Positions 1 through 11,006 of a DNA stretch of 64,000 bases are shown here, piece by piece; position 1 is the first letter of the stretch; every line of letters starts with the position of its first letter. Position numbers and translations under genes: made by a program. Source of the DNA: Squalus acanthias (Eukaryota); NCBI GenBank assembly GCA_030390025.1, contig CM059433.1, positions 29,080,001 to 29,144,000 on the forward strand, in the 5' to 3' direction. The notes under the pieces were generated by a model. It saw only the letters and a list, made by a program, of their open reading frames with translations, had not been told where the DNA came from and searched no databases.

Positions 1-200
1 GCCAGTGTTTATGCTCCACACGAGTCTCCTCCTACTCCTCTTCATCTCACCCTATCAGCACATCCTTCTATTCCTTCCTCCCTCGTGTACTTATCTAACT
101 ATCCCTTAAATGTATCTATGCTATTTGCCTCAACTACTCCTTGTGGTAGCGAGTTCCACATTCTCACCACTCACTGAGTAAAGATGTTTCTCCTGAATTC
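1..200 (-). mobile_element. CR1-type LINE 3' fragment
   Basis: Same sequence family as 34440-34695, 37983-38336 and 59190-59390. Confidence 0.75.
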
Positions 201-402
201 TCATCTGAATGGCTTCTGAATTAACTCTTAAGATTGAGTTATGAACCTTTCACACTTTGTTGCAGGTATTTGTTTTAACTTTGCTGTTCTAAAAATAAAT
301 ATGCACTGTACACTGCGCTGACTGACAGCTGTACATGTTGCCGCAGACTGCCACAGGGCAGGTGGAAGGTGCTGTATCGCTTTGTGGTGAAAGCAATTAG
401 CA

Positions 403-630
403 ACAACTTGTATTTATACAGCACCTTTAACGTAGTAAAACGTCCCGAGGTGCTTCACAAGAGCGTTATCAAACATAATTTGACACCGAGCCACATAAGG
501 AGATATTAGGACAGGTGACCAAAAGCTTGATCAAAGAGGAAGGTTTTAAGGAGCAACTTAAAGGAGGAGAGAGAGGTAGAGCGGTTTAGGGAGGGAATTC
601 CAGAGCTCAGGGCCTCGGCAGCTGAAGGCT
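403..630 (-). mobile_element. L2-type LINE 3' end
   Basis: Reverse complement of the L2 3' tail (..TATAAATACAAGTTGTTG) seen at 32362 and 46423. Confidence 0.75.
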
Positions 631-679
631 AAATCACTGTGCAGCAACTGGAAGATGAAAATAAACGTTTTTTTAAATT

Positions 680-762
680 ACAAAAGCAAAATACCGCGGA
701 TGCTGGAGATCTGAAATAAAAACAGAAAATGCTGGAAATACTCAGCAGGGCAGGCAGTATCT
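680..762. mobile_element. Penelope-like terminal-repeat fragment
   Basis: GCAAAATACCGCGGATGCTGGAGATCTGAAATAAAAACAGAAAATGCTGGAAATACTCAGCAGG. Related pieces lie at ~12557-12590 (and in the other two triplication copies) and at 60953-61870. The family label is from recognition only. Confidence 0.5.
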
Positions 763-1334
763 TATATTGGAAAGGTTTATTTATATTGGTTCGGTATTAA
801 AATTTATGTAAGTGTCACTTCTTGAGAGCGAGAAGTTGTTTTAATTCTTTCAAGTAAAGACTTCCCCAGGCCCTCAATTAAATGAACAGAGAGAGAAAAA
901 ATAGAGGCCAAGAAAAATGCACCTACTTATATTTTGTTGTGGGAAATGAAAATAAATGTTCTGAGCATTCTGGACATACTGGAAAGCCTAATGGGAACAT
1001 TACTCCAGCTTCAACTGATAGTGCAGGAAGAAGTGATAGATCAAAGGTTTAAACTCTTTTAACAGTGATATACAGTATCATGTTTGTGGACTCAGTATCT
1101 ATTCACACTGTGTTGGTTCCATAAGCCGATGTAATAAAGGTTATTTGTCTCACTGCCAGTTCCACTAGGCTATGCGGGATCCGAAGGATCATTTAAGCAA
1201 TGGTTACATTATAGGTGCATAAAGCATGTGGACTGACTAGTTGCACACCGATTTAGATACACTAGTATCAAAAATTAAAACCCATGTATTTATATATAAA
1301 AAAACAAATATATAAAAAAATATTTTAAAACATT

Positions 1335-1740
1335 TTAAGAATGGTACCAGGGATGAGGGACGTAAGTTACATGGAGAGACTGGAGAAGATGGGGTTGTTC
1401 TCCTTAGAGCAGAGAAGGTTAAGCGGAGATTTAATAGGGGTGTACAAAATCATGAAGGGTTTTGATAGAGTAGATGGGGGGAAATTGTTCCTACTGGCAG
1501 AAGGTCGGTAACCAGAGGGCACGGATTTAAGGTAATTGGCAAAAGAACCAGAGGTGAGATGAGGATAATTTTTTTTATGCAGCGAGTTGTTGTGATTACT
1601 TTCAAAAGGGAATTGGATATATACTTGAAGGGGAAAAATTTCGAAGGGGGTGGGACTAATTGTATTGCTCTTTCAAAGAGCTGGCACAGGCACAATGGGC
1701 CAAATGGCCTCCTTCTGTGCTGTATCATTCTATGATTCTA
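1335..1740 (+). mobile_element. CR1-type LINE 3' fragment
   Basis: Decayed ORF2 C-terminus followed by a TTCTATGATTCTA tail. Confidence 0.75.
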
Positions 1741-2182
1741 CAAGCTTACACATTATACATTTTAGTATATTTTACGTAGTTTATAACATCTGCTCACATT
1801 TACATGGATGCCTAACATGCCTAATGATGACACTCAATACATTACACCATGCATTTTGTAACTCTCCCAACTATCCGTTCCCAAAGAACAATACCACAGT
1901 GTAAGGGGTAGTACTGAGTAAATTGTAACCTTGCTGCATTCGCCTCTGGCACTTGTACTTGTACAAAATCATGAAGGGTTTTGATAGAGTAGATGGGGGG
2001 AAATTGACTGATGAGATGAAAGTCTCCTTTCACTATGAGAGAAACTTTAAAATGAGCGTGTGGGATCAAGTCAGTTCCTGGGAGTATACAAATTTCCAAC
2101 ACACAAATATCCATAATTCATGCACTAATCTGGAAATCTCCCTTAAAAGGAACAATAGCCAGTGCAAAAAAAATAAAGTCAA

Positions 2183-2745
2183 AAACAACTTGTATTTATA
2201 TAGCACCTTTAACGTAGTAAAATGTCCCAAGGCGCTTTGCAGGAGCGTTATCAAACAAAGTTTGACATCGAGCCCATGAGGAGATATTAGGACACGTGAC
2301 AAAAGCTTGGTCAAAGAGGTAGGTTTTAAGGAGAGAACGGTAGAGAGGTGGAGAGGTTTAGGGAGGGAATTCAGAGCTTAGGGTCTAGACAGCTGAAGGC
2401 ACGGCCGCCAATGGTGGAGCGAAGAAAATCGGTGATGTGCAAGATGCCAGAATTGGAGAAGTGCAGAGATTGCGGATTGCGGAGGGTTGTAGGGCCGGAG
2501 GAGGTTACAGAGATAGGGAGGGGTGAGGCCATGGAGGGATTTGAACACAAGGATGAGAATTTTAAAATCGAGGTATTGCCAGACTTGGTAGGTCAGCGAG
2601 CACAGGGGTGATGGGTGAACAGGACTTGGTGCGAGTTAGGACACGGGCAGCAGAGTTTTGGATGCTCTCAAGTTTACGGAGGGTGGAAGGTGGGTGGACA
2701 GCCAGGAGAGCATTGGCATAGTCGCGTATAGAGCTAACAAAGCCA
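2183..2745 (-). mobile_element. L2-type LINE 3' fragment
   Basis: Reverse complement of the L2 copy at 31460-32362. Confidence 0.8.
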
Positions 2746-3511
2746 AGTCATACTGTTGGGATATTATAAAGGGAGCTTTACACTGCAGTTAACTATAACT
2801 CACTTTGGAGAGCTCGATTCTAGTATTGGGTGCTAAAAGTGAAAGAATGTTCTGTTCCTTTTCACTGACATCTTTGTGTTGATAAAACATACCATTAAAA
2901 CAAAAGCACAAAGTGTATCAAAGACTGAAAGTCAGAAACATAAGCTTTTATTTCAAATGTAATGCTTTGCTGCATTCGGTTATAGTTACTTTGATAGACA
3001 ACAAAAAGCAAAAAAGAAAAGTGATTTCAACCTGGACTGGTGAGAGCTCCTTGCCTGGGGTTTCCACATGTTGTACTGGATTTTCATCCAGAGTCGGTTC
3101 ATTGACCCCAATCTTCATATTAATAGGGCCTACCACCTGATTCAGGTCCTGGGGATAGATAGGGACAGCCTTACCATCAGCGTAAACAAGGGAGCATGTC
3201 ATTCCCCACCATTTTCTGGCCTCTATAGCACCATTTCCGTTGGGCGGGAGGCCTTATGATCAGTCTGTAGAATGCACTGGTCCAGCTACATGTGCACAAT
3301 TCTGGTGGTCACACCACAACAAGGATATCCGGTACTGGTAGTGGTGCAAATAAGGGAAACCAGAGCGATACCTAGCATAAGGCATCTGACTTATGAGGAG
3401 AGGTTCCTAAGGGAATAGATAAATTGAACCCTGATAATATGTTTGAGGTGGCCACAAATTGCAGGGACACAGGCTCTGATTTAGAAAAGGGAATTGTGCT
3501 GACATGTAATA

Positions 3512-3830
3512 TCCATCCAAGATCTCTGCGCTCCTCCAATTCTGGCCTCTTACACATCCCTGATTTCTATCGCTCCACAATTGGCGGCCATGCCTTCAGC
3601 TGCCTAGGCCCTTAACCTCTGGAATTCCCTCCCAAAACCTCTCCGCCTCTCTACCTCTCTCCTCCTTTAAAATGCTCCTTAAAACCTACCTCTTAGACCA
3701 AGCTTTTGGTCACCTGTCCTGATATCTCCTTATGTGGCTCAGTGTCAGGTTTTGTTTGATAACGCTCCTGTGAAGCGCCTTGGCACGTTTTACTACGTTA
3801 AAGGCGCTGTATAAATTAAAATTATTGTTG
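3512..3830 (+). mobile_element. L2-type LINE 3' fragment
   Basis: Encodes LRSSNSGLLHIP..IGGHAFSCLGP and ends in the L2 tail. Confidence 0.8.
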
Positions 3831-3926
3831 ATTGCTCAGAACAGCTTGGAGGCAAATATTGTGGGAAAATTTAAGGGAGAATTGGATGGCTATTCGAGGG
3901 TGTGGAAGCGGGTGATTGAGAGGCAT

Positions 3927-4570
3927 AGGTTGGAATTTTCTTCGGGGAGGCGGGTCCAAGGCGGGCGAGAATCCCAGGAGGCTGGGTTTCCCGCAGGCCC
4001 TGCCGGTAACTAATTTGAATGTGAGGCCTCGGTTTCCCGCCCGCAGCCAGCCAGCTTGAGAGGCTGGCTGACTGCAGGCAGGTAGGCCCCAGTTGTGAGG
4101 GGTTGATCCAGGGGAGGGATCGTGGGAGGGGGGTCGGCAATCGGCTGTCGGCAATCGGGACGGGGGAGAGAGGATCGGTGGGGGGAGGGGGGGTTCGGGA
4201 ATCGGGAGAGAGGATCGGTTGTGGGGGGGGGGGTTGAATGATCGGCAGGAGATCGGGGATCGGCAGGCGATGGGGGCTGGTTGGGGATCAGGGAGGTCGG
4301 GGGTCGGCAGGCAAGCAGGGATCGTGGGGTGGGGGGGGATCAGGGATTGCTGGGATGGGGGGGGGGGGGGTCACGAATCACAGGTTGGCCAGGGATCATG
4401 GGGGGTTGGGCGGAGGATTGGCTGGGGCCTGGAAGATCGTGGCCGGCCTCATCATCATTGTTGGGGGGGGGGGGGGGGGGGGGGGCGGGGGAGTGGGGGT
4501 GGGAGGCCTGGGAATGCGAGCAAGGCCCGGGGGGGGGGGGGGGCGGGGGCTCCAATCGCGGAGGGTGGGT
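3927..4570. repeat. G-rich low-complexity, probable MITE remnant
   Basis: Starts GGTTGGAATTTTC, resembling the termini of other MITEs here. Contains many GATCGG units and G runs longer than 20 nt. Confidence 0.5.
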
Positions 4571-4577
4571 ATGGTCA

Positions 4578-4705
4578 GGTCTATTGTTCTATTGTCTTCA
4601 AGAACTCTACTCCAAATTACTCTCGCTCTGTTTTTCCTCCTTGGACATTTGCTTATGTTCATCCTATTGCTAAGAAAGGTGGCCCCCGCTCACCCTGCTA
4701 ACCCC
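4578..4705 (+). pseudogene. Degenerate LINE reverse-transcriptase fragment
   Basis: IVFKNSTP..FPPWTFAYVHPIAKKG..PAN resembles the LINE motif WK.A.V.P..KK...P.NY, which is also present at 8229-9086. Confidence 0.45.
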
Positions 4706-5359
4706 AACCACGGTTATCCCTCAAATTATATCAAATGAGGCAAATAGCATAGATGCATTTAATGGGAAGCTAGATAAGTACATGAGGGAGAAAGGAGTAG
4801 AAGGTTATGTTGATAGGGGGAGATGAAGATAGGTGGGAGGAGGCTCATGGGGTGCATAAAGAGCGGCATAGACCAGGTGGGCCGAATGGCCCGTGACTGT
4901 GCTGTAAATTCTATGAAATTCTATGTAATTGGCTCTGAAAGCATCATGGGGGTAGGTGGAGAGTGAAGCTACCCGGACTGTCAGGGCTGGGACCATTCTA
5001 TTCACACCATTGCTCTCCTCAATACTCACGCCTGTGAAATCTACTGAACATCGCACTCAGAATATCACAATGGAAGCAGATTAGCTGAGGATGGAGTAGA
5101 GTATATATTGCAAATTTGCAAGGAGTATGATGAAAGTACAAATAAAGCATACATCACCATTAAAAACACATTTTGATTCAGTTATCATTCCCCTTTTTCC
5201 TCCTCAAATCATTACTTCAATTCAACTCTTAATGGCTGGAACACCATTTTGAGAAAAAGTATCATACACCCAATGTTTCATTCAAATCGGCCACTGAGGA
5301 AGGATAGAAAAGGAATCTCAATGCATCCTTCCGAGCAACAACTATCATGTTACATCTTA

Positions 5360-5706
5360 GAAACATAGGAATTGCGAGATGAAAAAAGACCAAGTCCATC
5401 TAGTTCCCCTTCTACCATCCTGGTAGTCACTTGATACAACGATAACGGAGTTGTTGACTAATCATAAACAATCTCTGTCAATTAGTCTACAACAGGCCCA
5501 GACTTGAGGTGAGGAAAACCCCAGTGATGGAGAGCTTTGGGAACCTTAGGTCCAAAGTCACCTGTTCCTCCCAAGCATGCTACACTGACCACATGTCATG
5601 TCTCAAATTACGTATACACTATATACCAGAAAGCTATTTTCTGAAATAAATCTATTAATTGGCATTTGAATGAATCAATACTAACTGCTTCCACCATCTC
5701 CCTAGG
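5360..5706. repeat. Interspersed repeat, second copy at 51140-51479
   Basis: Both copies run from ATAGGAATTGC..GATGAAAAAA to CCATCTCCCTAGG and are collinear over ~340 bp. Confidence 0.8.
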
Positions 5707-5737
5707 GAATGATCTTATTGTTTTAGGTATATATTAA

Positions 5738-7452
5738 GGCCAGAATTTTCCGGGGGGGGGGGGGGCGGTCAGGGGGTCAGGACCCTGCTTGCAAGCCCCC
5801 GCAATGCGCCTTTCCCAATGGTATGTGTGTGATCTCCGATCCGACCCGACCGCAGAGGCGGGCGACCCAATTAAACCAATTATTGGGTTGTTGACAGACC
5901 CTTAATAATGCTTTTAACCTTTCCTTTTAACTTTCACTGCTCGCCCACAGGGTCCACGCTGCTCGGGGACCACGTCTGTGAACCTGAGGTGGGAGTTGAA
6001 TGGCCAGTGCTCCAGCTGATTACTTGACAGTTTCAAATGCACAGTAAAAGCTCCCACTTGACAGATCATCACTTTCCTCAGCCACAAGCTGTTTCTCAGT
6101 CCATTTCAAGCACAGATTCTGCAGGCTTTCCACTTTCCACTCTCCATCCACTCTCACCTCATTGGAAGAACTCTCTGTCATCTCTACTTCACCTGCCATC
6201 TATTCCATCAACATGGGTGCCCTTTATACTGTCTCACCTTGGTCATCAGAATCCCACCACGATCAGCCCCAACACCAGCAGCACCAGGCACACCAGCAGC
6301 ACCAACAACACCAACCTTCTCTGCAATCACCTGATGCCGCACAGGACAGAGGGCATCAGCACCCAAGCACATTGCTGCCCGGAAGGCCAGGGATGGCCTC
6401 AGCATGGCCAGATTTACTTCACTTGGCGCTGTACACCCTGGCTGCCACATGATGCGCCAAGTTGGCACCACCCCACACCAACACCATAAAGCATCTCTAC
6501 AATGTCCAAGCCATTCCTTTCACACACACCACCATTGCGGGGGATACCGTTATGTCTCACCATTCACTGCAACTCACTAAGCCACTTCCAAAGGTGCACA
6601 CAAATCTGTCCAAGAATGCAAAGTGTTGAAAATAAAGGTTTCAATGTTTGACAGCACATTAACAGAAACTTTACATAAACATTGCATAAAACACCCAATT
6701 GGCTACCCTTGTGTGTTGTTAGTTGCTATGATTGCACTAGGATGAGGGTGAGGGTGAGGGGTGGCTAGTGAGATGGGGATGTGATAATGTAGATAAAAAG
6801 AGAGGGACAGGTGGAGGTGCAAGGTAAGTTGGTATGAGTAAGGATGTGCAGGAGTAGGGTAGGGAAGGCAGAGTGATGGGGATGTGATGAGAGGCACAGC
6901 AGGATGAGGTTGAGTGTGGCTTTGTACTAATGTTTCGTGATCTACTGAGATCATTGAAAGGTTTGCGCCACTGCAGCCAGGTACTACTGACGACATCCCT
7001 GCTTGTGTCCTCCTGTGCAATGTTAAACCAGGCTGTGTTGGTCTCCTGGGCAGGTCTCTTCCGCCCATGGGAAGCGAAGAGGACCTCCCTGCGTGCTGTG
7101 ACTCCCTCCATAAGCATATGGAGGGAGTCATGGGTGAGCCTGGGTGCAGCCGTGCACCTCTGTGCAGTCATTGTCAGTGTTTGCAGCACCTCAATGCTGT
7201 AGAATACTGGCAGCACAACTGTCAAAATCAATTTGCGCATGGTCCCTTTAAGGAAACTGGCTGATGACGCGTCATCAAATGCTGTCATCAGTCCTGCTTC
7301 CTTCAATTGGCCTGGGAAACGCGCTGGGCGGGCTTAACAAGCCCTATCAACGTAAATTCATTTTGGACAGCAGGACGGAGCCAGCAGCGGGGCCGCGACC
7401 CGCCACCGACATCGCCCGCACCGGACCCACCGAGGTGAGGAAAATCCAGACG
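5738..7452. mobile_element. Internally deleted PIF/Harbinger DNA transposon
   Basis: TAA flanks both sides (5735-5737, 7453-7455). Imperfect inverted termini are GGCCAGAATTTTCC and GGAAAATCCAGACG. It carries a Myb/SANT relic on the minus strand. Confidence 0.75.
6935..7175 (-). pseudogene. Myb/SANT-like DNA-binding domain relic (Harbinger ORF2)
   Basis: APRLTHDSLHMLMEGVTARREVLF..GRKRP..TNTAWFNIAQE......TWLQWRKPFNDL has the trihelix/MSANTD pattern (W..IA..; QC.K.F.DL, here decayed). Confidence 0.75.
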
Positions 7453-7565
7453 TAAGTGTCTAATGTATGAGGACTACATGGCTACAATAAGTAAAAGACT
7501 TGCATTTATACAGCGCCTTTCACGACCACAGAACGTCCCAAAACGCTTTACAGCCAATGAAGTTT

Positions 7566-10120
7566 TGCTCCTGCTGATTACCACCTACTGCCCTCCCTCA
7601 GCTGATGAATCCGTACTTCTCCATGTTGAACACCACTTGGAAGAAGCACTAAGGGCAGCAATGGCACAGAATGTACTCTGGGTGGGGGACATCAATATCC
7701 ATCACCAAGAGTGGCTCGGTAGCACCACTACTGAGCGAGATGGCCGAGTCCTGAAGGACATAGCTGCCAGACTGGGCCTGCGGCAGGTGGTGAGATAACC
7801 AACATGAGGGAAAAACCGACTTGACCTCATCCTCACTAATCTACCTGCCGCAGATGCATCTGTCCAAATCAGTATTGGTAGGGGTGACCGCCGCACAGTC
7901 CTTGAGGAGACGAAGGGCCGTCTTCACACTGAGGACACTCTCCATCGTGTTGTGTGGCACAACCAGCGTGCTAAATGGGATAGATTTAGAACAGATTTAG
8001 CAGCTCAAAACTGGGCATCCATGAGGCGCTGTGGGCCATCAGCAGCAGCAGAATTGTATTGCACGACAATCTGTAACCTCTTGGCCGGCATATCCCTCAC
8101 TCTACCATTACCATCAAGCCAAGTGACCAACCCTGGTTCAATGAGGAGTGTAGAAGAGCATGCCAGGAGCAGCACCTGGCGTACCTAAAAATGAGATGCC
8201 AACCTGGTGAAGCTACAACAAGGACTATATGCATGCTAAACAGCGGAAGCAGCATGCTATAGACAGAGCTAAGCGATCCCACAATCAACAGATCAGATCA
8301 AAGCTCTGCAGTCCTGCCACATCCAGTCATGAATGGTGGTGGACAATTAAACAATTAATGGGAGGAGGAGGCTGCATGAACATTCCCATCCTCAATGATG
8401 GCGGAGCCCAGCACGTGAGTGCAAAAGACAAGGCTGAAGCGTTTACAACCATCTTCAGCCAGAAGTACCGAGTGGATGATCCATCTCAGCCTCTTCCTGA
8501 GGTCCCCACCATCACAGAAGCCAGTCTTCAGCCAATTCGATTCACTCCACGTGATATCAAGAAACGGCTGAGCACACTAGATATAGCAAAGGCTATGGGC
8601 CCCGCAAACATCCCGGCTGCAGTGCTGAAGACTTGTGCTCCAGAACTAGCCGCACCTCTAGCCAAGCTGTTCCAGTACAGCTATAACACTGGTATCGACC
8701 CGACAAAGTGGAAAATTGCCCAGGTATGTCCTGTTCACAAAAAGCAGGACAAATCCAATCCGGCCAATTACCACCCCACCAGTCTACTCTCAATCATCAG
8801 CAAAGTGATGGAAGGTGTCATTGACAGTCCTATCAAGCGGCACTTACTCACCAATAACCTGCTCACCGATGCTCAGTTTCAGTTCCACCAGGACCACTCG
8901 GCTCCAGACCTCATTTCAGCCTTGGTCCAAACATGGACAAAGGAGCTGAATTCCAGAGGTGAGGTGAGAGTGACTGCCCTTGACATTAAGGCAGCATTTG
9001 ACCAAGTGTGGCATCAAGGAGCCCTCGTAAAATTGAAGTCAATGGGAATCGGGGGAAAACTCTCCACTGGTTGGAGTCATACCTAGCACAAAGGAAGATG
9101 GTTGTGGTTGTTGGAGGTCAATCATCTCAGCCCCAGGAGATCGCTGCAGGAGTGCCTCAGGGCAGTGTCCTAGGCCCAACCATCTTCAGCTGCTTCATCA
9201 AAGACCTACCCTACATCATAAGGTCAGAGGTGGGGATGTTTGCTGATGATTGCAGTGTTCAGTTCCATTCGCAACTCCTCAGATAATGAAGCAGTCCATG
9301 ACTGCATGCAGCAAGACCTGGACGACATTCAGGCTTGGGCTGATAAATGGCAAGTAACATTCGCACCAGCCAATGACTATCTCCAACAAGAGAGAGCCTA
9401 ACTACCTTACCTTGACATTCAATGGCATTACCATCATCGAGTCCCCCACCATCAACATCCTGGGGGGTCACCTTTGATCAGAAACTTAACTGGACCAGCC
9501 ACATAAATACTCTAACTATAAGAGCAGGTCAGAAGCTGGGTATTCTGCAGCAAGTGACTCACCTCCTGACTCCCCAAAGCCTTTTCACCATCTACAAGGC
9601 ACAAGTCAAGAGTGTGATGGAATACTCTCCACTTGCCTGAATGAATGCAGCTCCAACAACACTCAAGAAGCTCGACACCATCCAGGACAAAGCAGCCCGC
9701 TTGATTGGCACCCCATCCACCACCTTAAACATTCACTCCCTCCACCACTGGTAACCCAGTGTGTACCATCTACAAGATGCACTGCAGCATCTCGCCAAGG
9801 CTTCTTTGTCAGCACCTCCTAAACCTGTGACATTTACCACCTAGAAGGACAAGGACAGCAGGCGCATGAAAACACCACCACCTGCAAGTTCTCCTCCAAG
9901 TCACACACTATCCGGACTTGGAAATATATCGCCGTTCCTTCATCGTCGCTGGGTCAAAATCTTGGAACTCCCTCCCCAGCTGCATTGTGGAAGCACCTTC
10001 ACCACACGGACTGCACCAGTTCAAGAAGGCAGCTCACCACCAACTTCTTAAGAACAATTAGGGATGGGCAATAAATGCTGGCCTTGCCAGCAACACCCAC
10101 ATCCCGTGAATGAATAAAAA
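7566..10120 (+). mobile_element. 5'-truncated CR1-group LINE with a disrupted ORF2 (endonuclease end plus RT)
   Basis: ORF pieces contain VGDINIHH (APE endonuclease), KWKIAQVCPVHKK, ALDIKAAFDQVWH, GVPQGSVLGP and MFADD. Stops and frameshifts are present. It ends ..GAATGAATAAAAA. Confidence 0.92.
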
Positions 10121-10235
10121 ATTACTTTTGAAGTGTAGTCACTGTTGTAATGTTGCGCAATGTGATAATGACCAGATAATCTGTTTTAATGATGTTGATT
10201 GAGGGATAAATATTGGCTAGGACACCAGAGATAAC

Positions 10236-10879
10236 GGAATGATGGCCTTCATAGTAAGGGGATTTGAGTACAGGAGTAGGGAGGTGATGCTGCAGTTGTA
10301 CAGGGCCTTGGTGAGGCCACACCTGGAGTATTGTGCGCAGTTTTGGTCTCCTAACTTAAGGAAGGACATTCTTGCTATTGAGGGAGTGCAGCGAAGGTTC
10401 ACTAGATTGATTCCTGGGATGGCCGGTCTGACATATCAAGAAAGATTGGGTCAACTGAACTTGTATCCTCTGGAGTTCAGAAGAATGAGGGGGGATCTTA
10501 TAGAGACATTTAAAATCCTGACTGGTTTAGACAAATTAGATGCGGGCAGAATGTTCCCAATGTTAGGGAAAACTAGAACCAGGGGTCACAGTCTAAGGAT
10601 TAAGGGGAAGCCATTTAAGACTGAGATGAGGAGGAACTTCTTCACCCAGAGAGTGGTGAATCTATAGAATTCTCTTCCACAGAAGGTTGTTGAGGCCAGT
10701 TCGCTAAATATATTCAAAAGGGAGTTAGATATAACACTCACAACTAGGGGGATCAAGGGGTATGGCGAGAAAGCAGGAATGGGGTACTGAGGTAGCATGT
10801 TCAGCCATGAACGCATTGAATGGCGGTGCAGGCTCGAAGGACCGAATGGTCTACTCCTGTACCTATTTTCTATGTTTCT
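10236..10879 (+). mobile_element. CR1 LINE 3' part with ATAAC TSD
   Basis: ORF 10239-10667 (LYRALVRPHLEYCAQFWSP..RRNFFTQRVVNL) with a TTTCTATG tail. ATAAC occurs at 10231-10235 and 10880-10884. Confidence 0.92.
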
Positions 10880-11006
10880 ATAACTCCCCTGGTCTTCTTC
10901 AAAATAGTGCCGTGGGATTTTTTACGCCCAACTGAGAGGACAGACGGAGCCTCGGTTTAACGTCTCATCCAAAAGATGGCACCTCTGACTGTGCAACAGT
11001 TCCTCA

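Noticed and set aside
2948..3202. Protein-like minus-strand ORF (DGKAVPIYPQDLNQ..)
   Set aside because: No family recognised and no convincing splice-site pair.
4219..4738. Gly-rich and Pro-rich ORFs in several frames
   Set aside because: Products of G homopolymers.
8229..9286. Active reverse transcriptase gene
   Set aside because: 5'-truncated, with stops and frameshifts.
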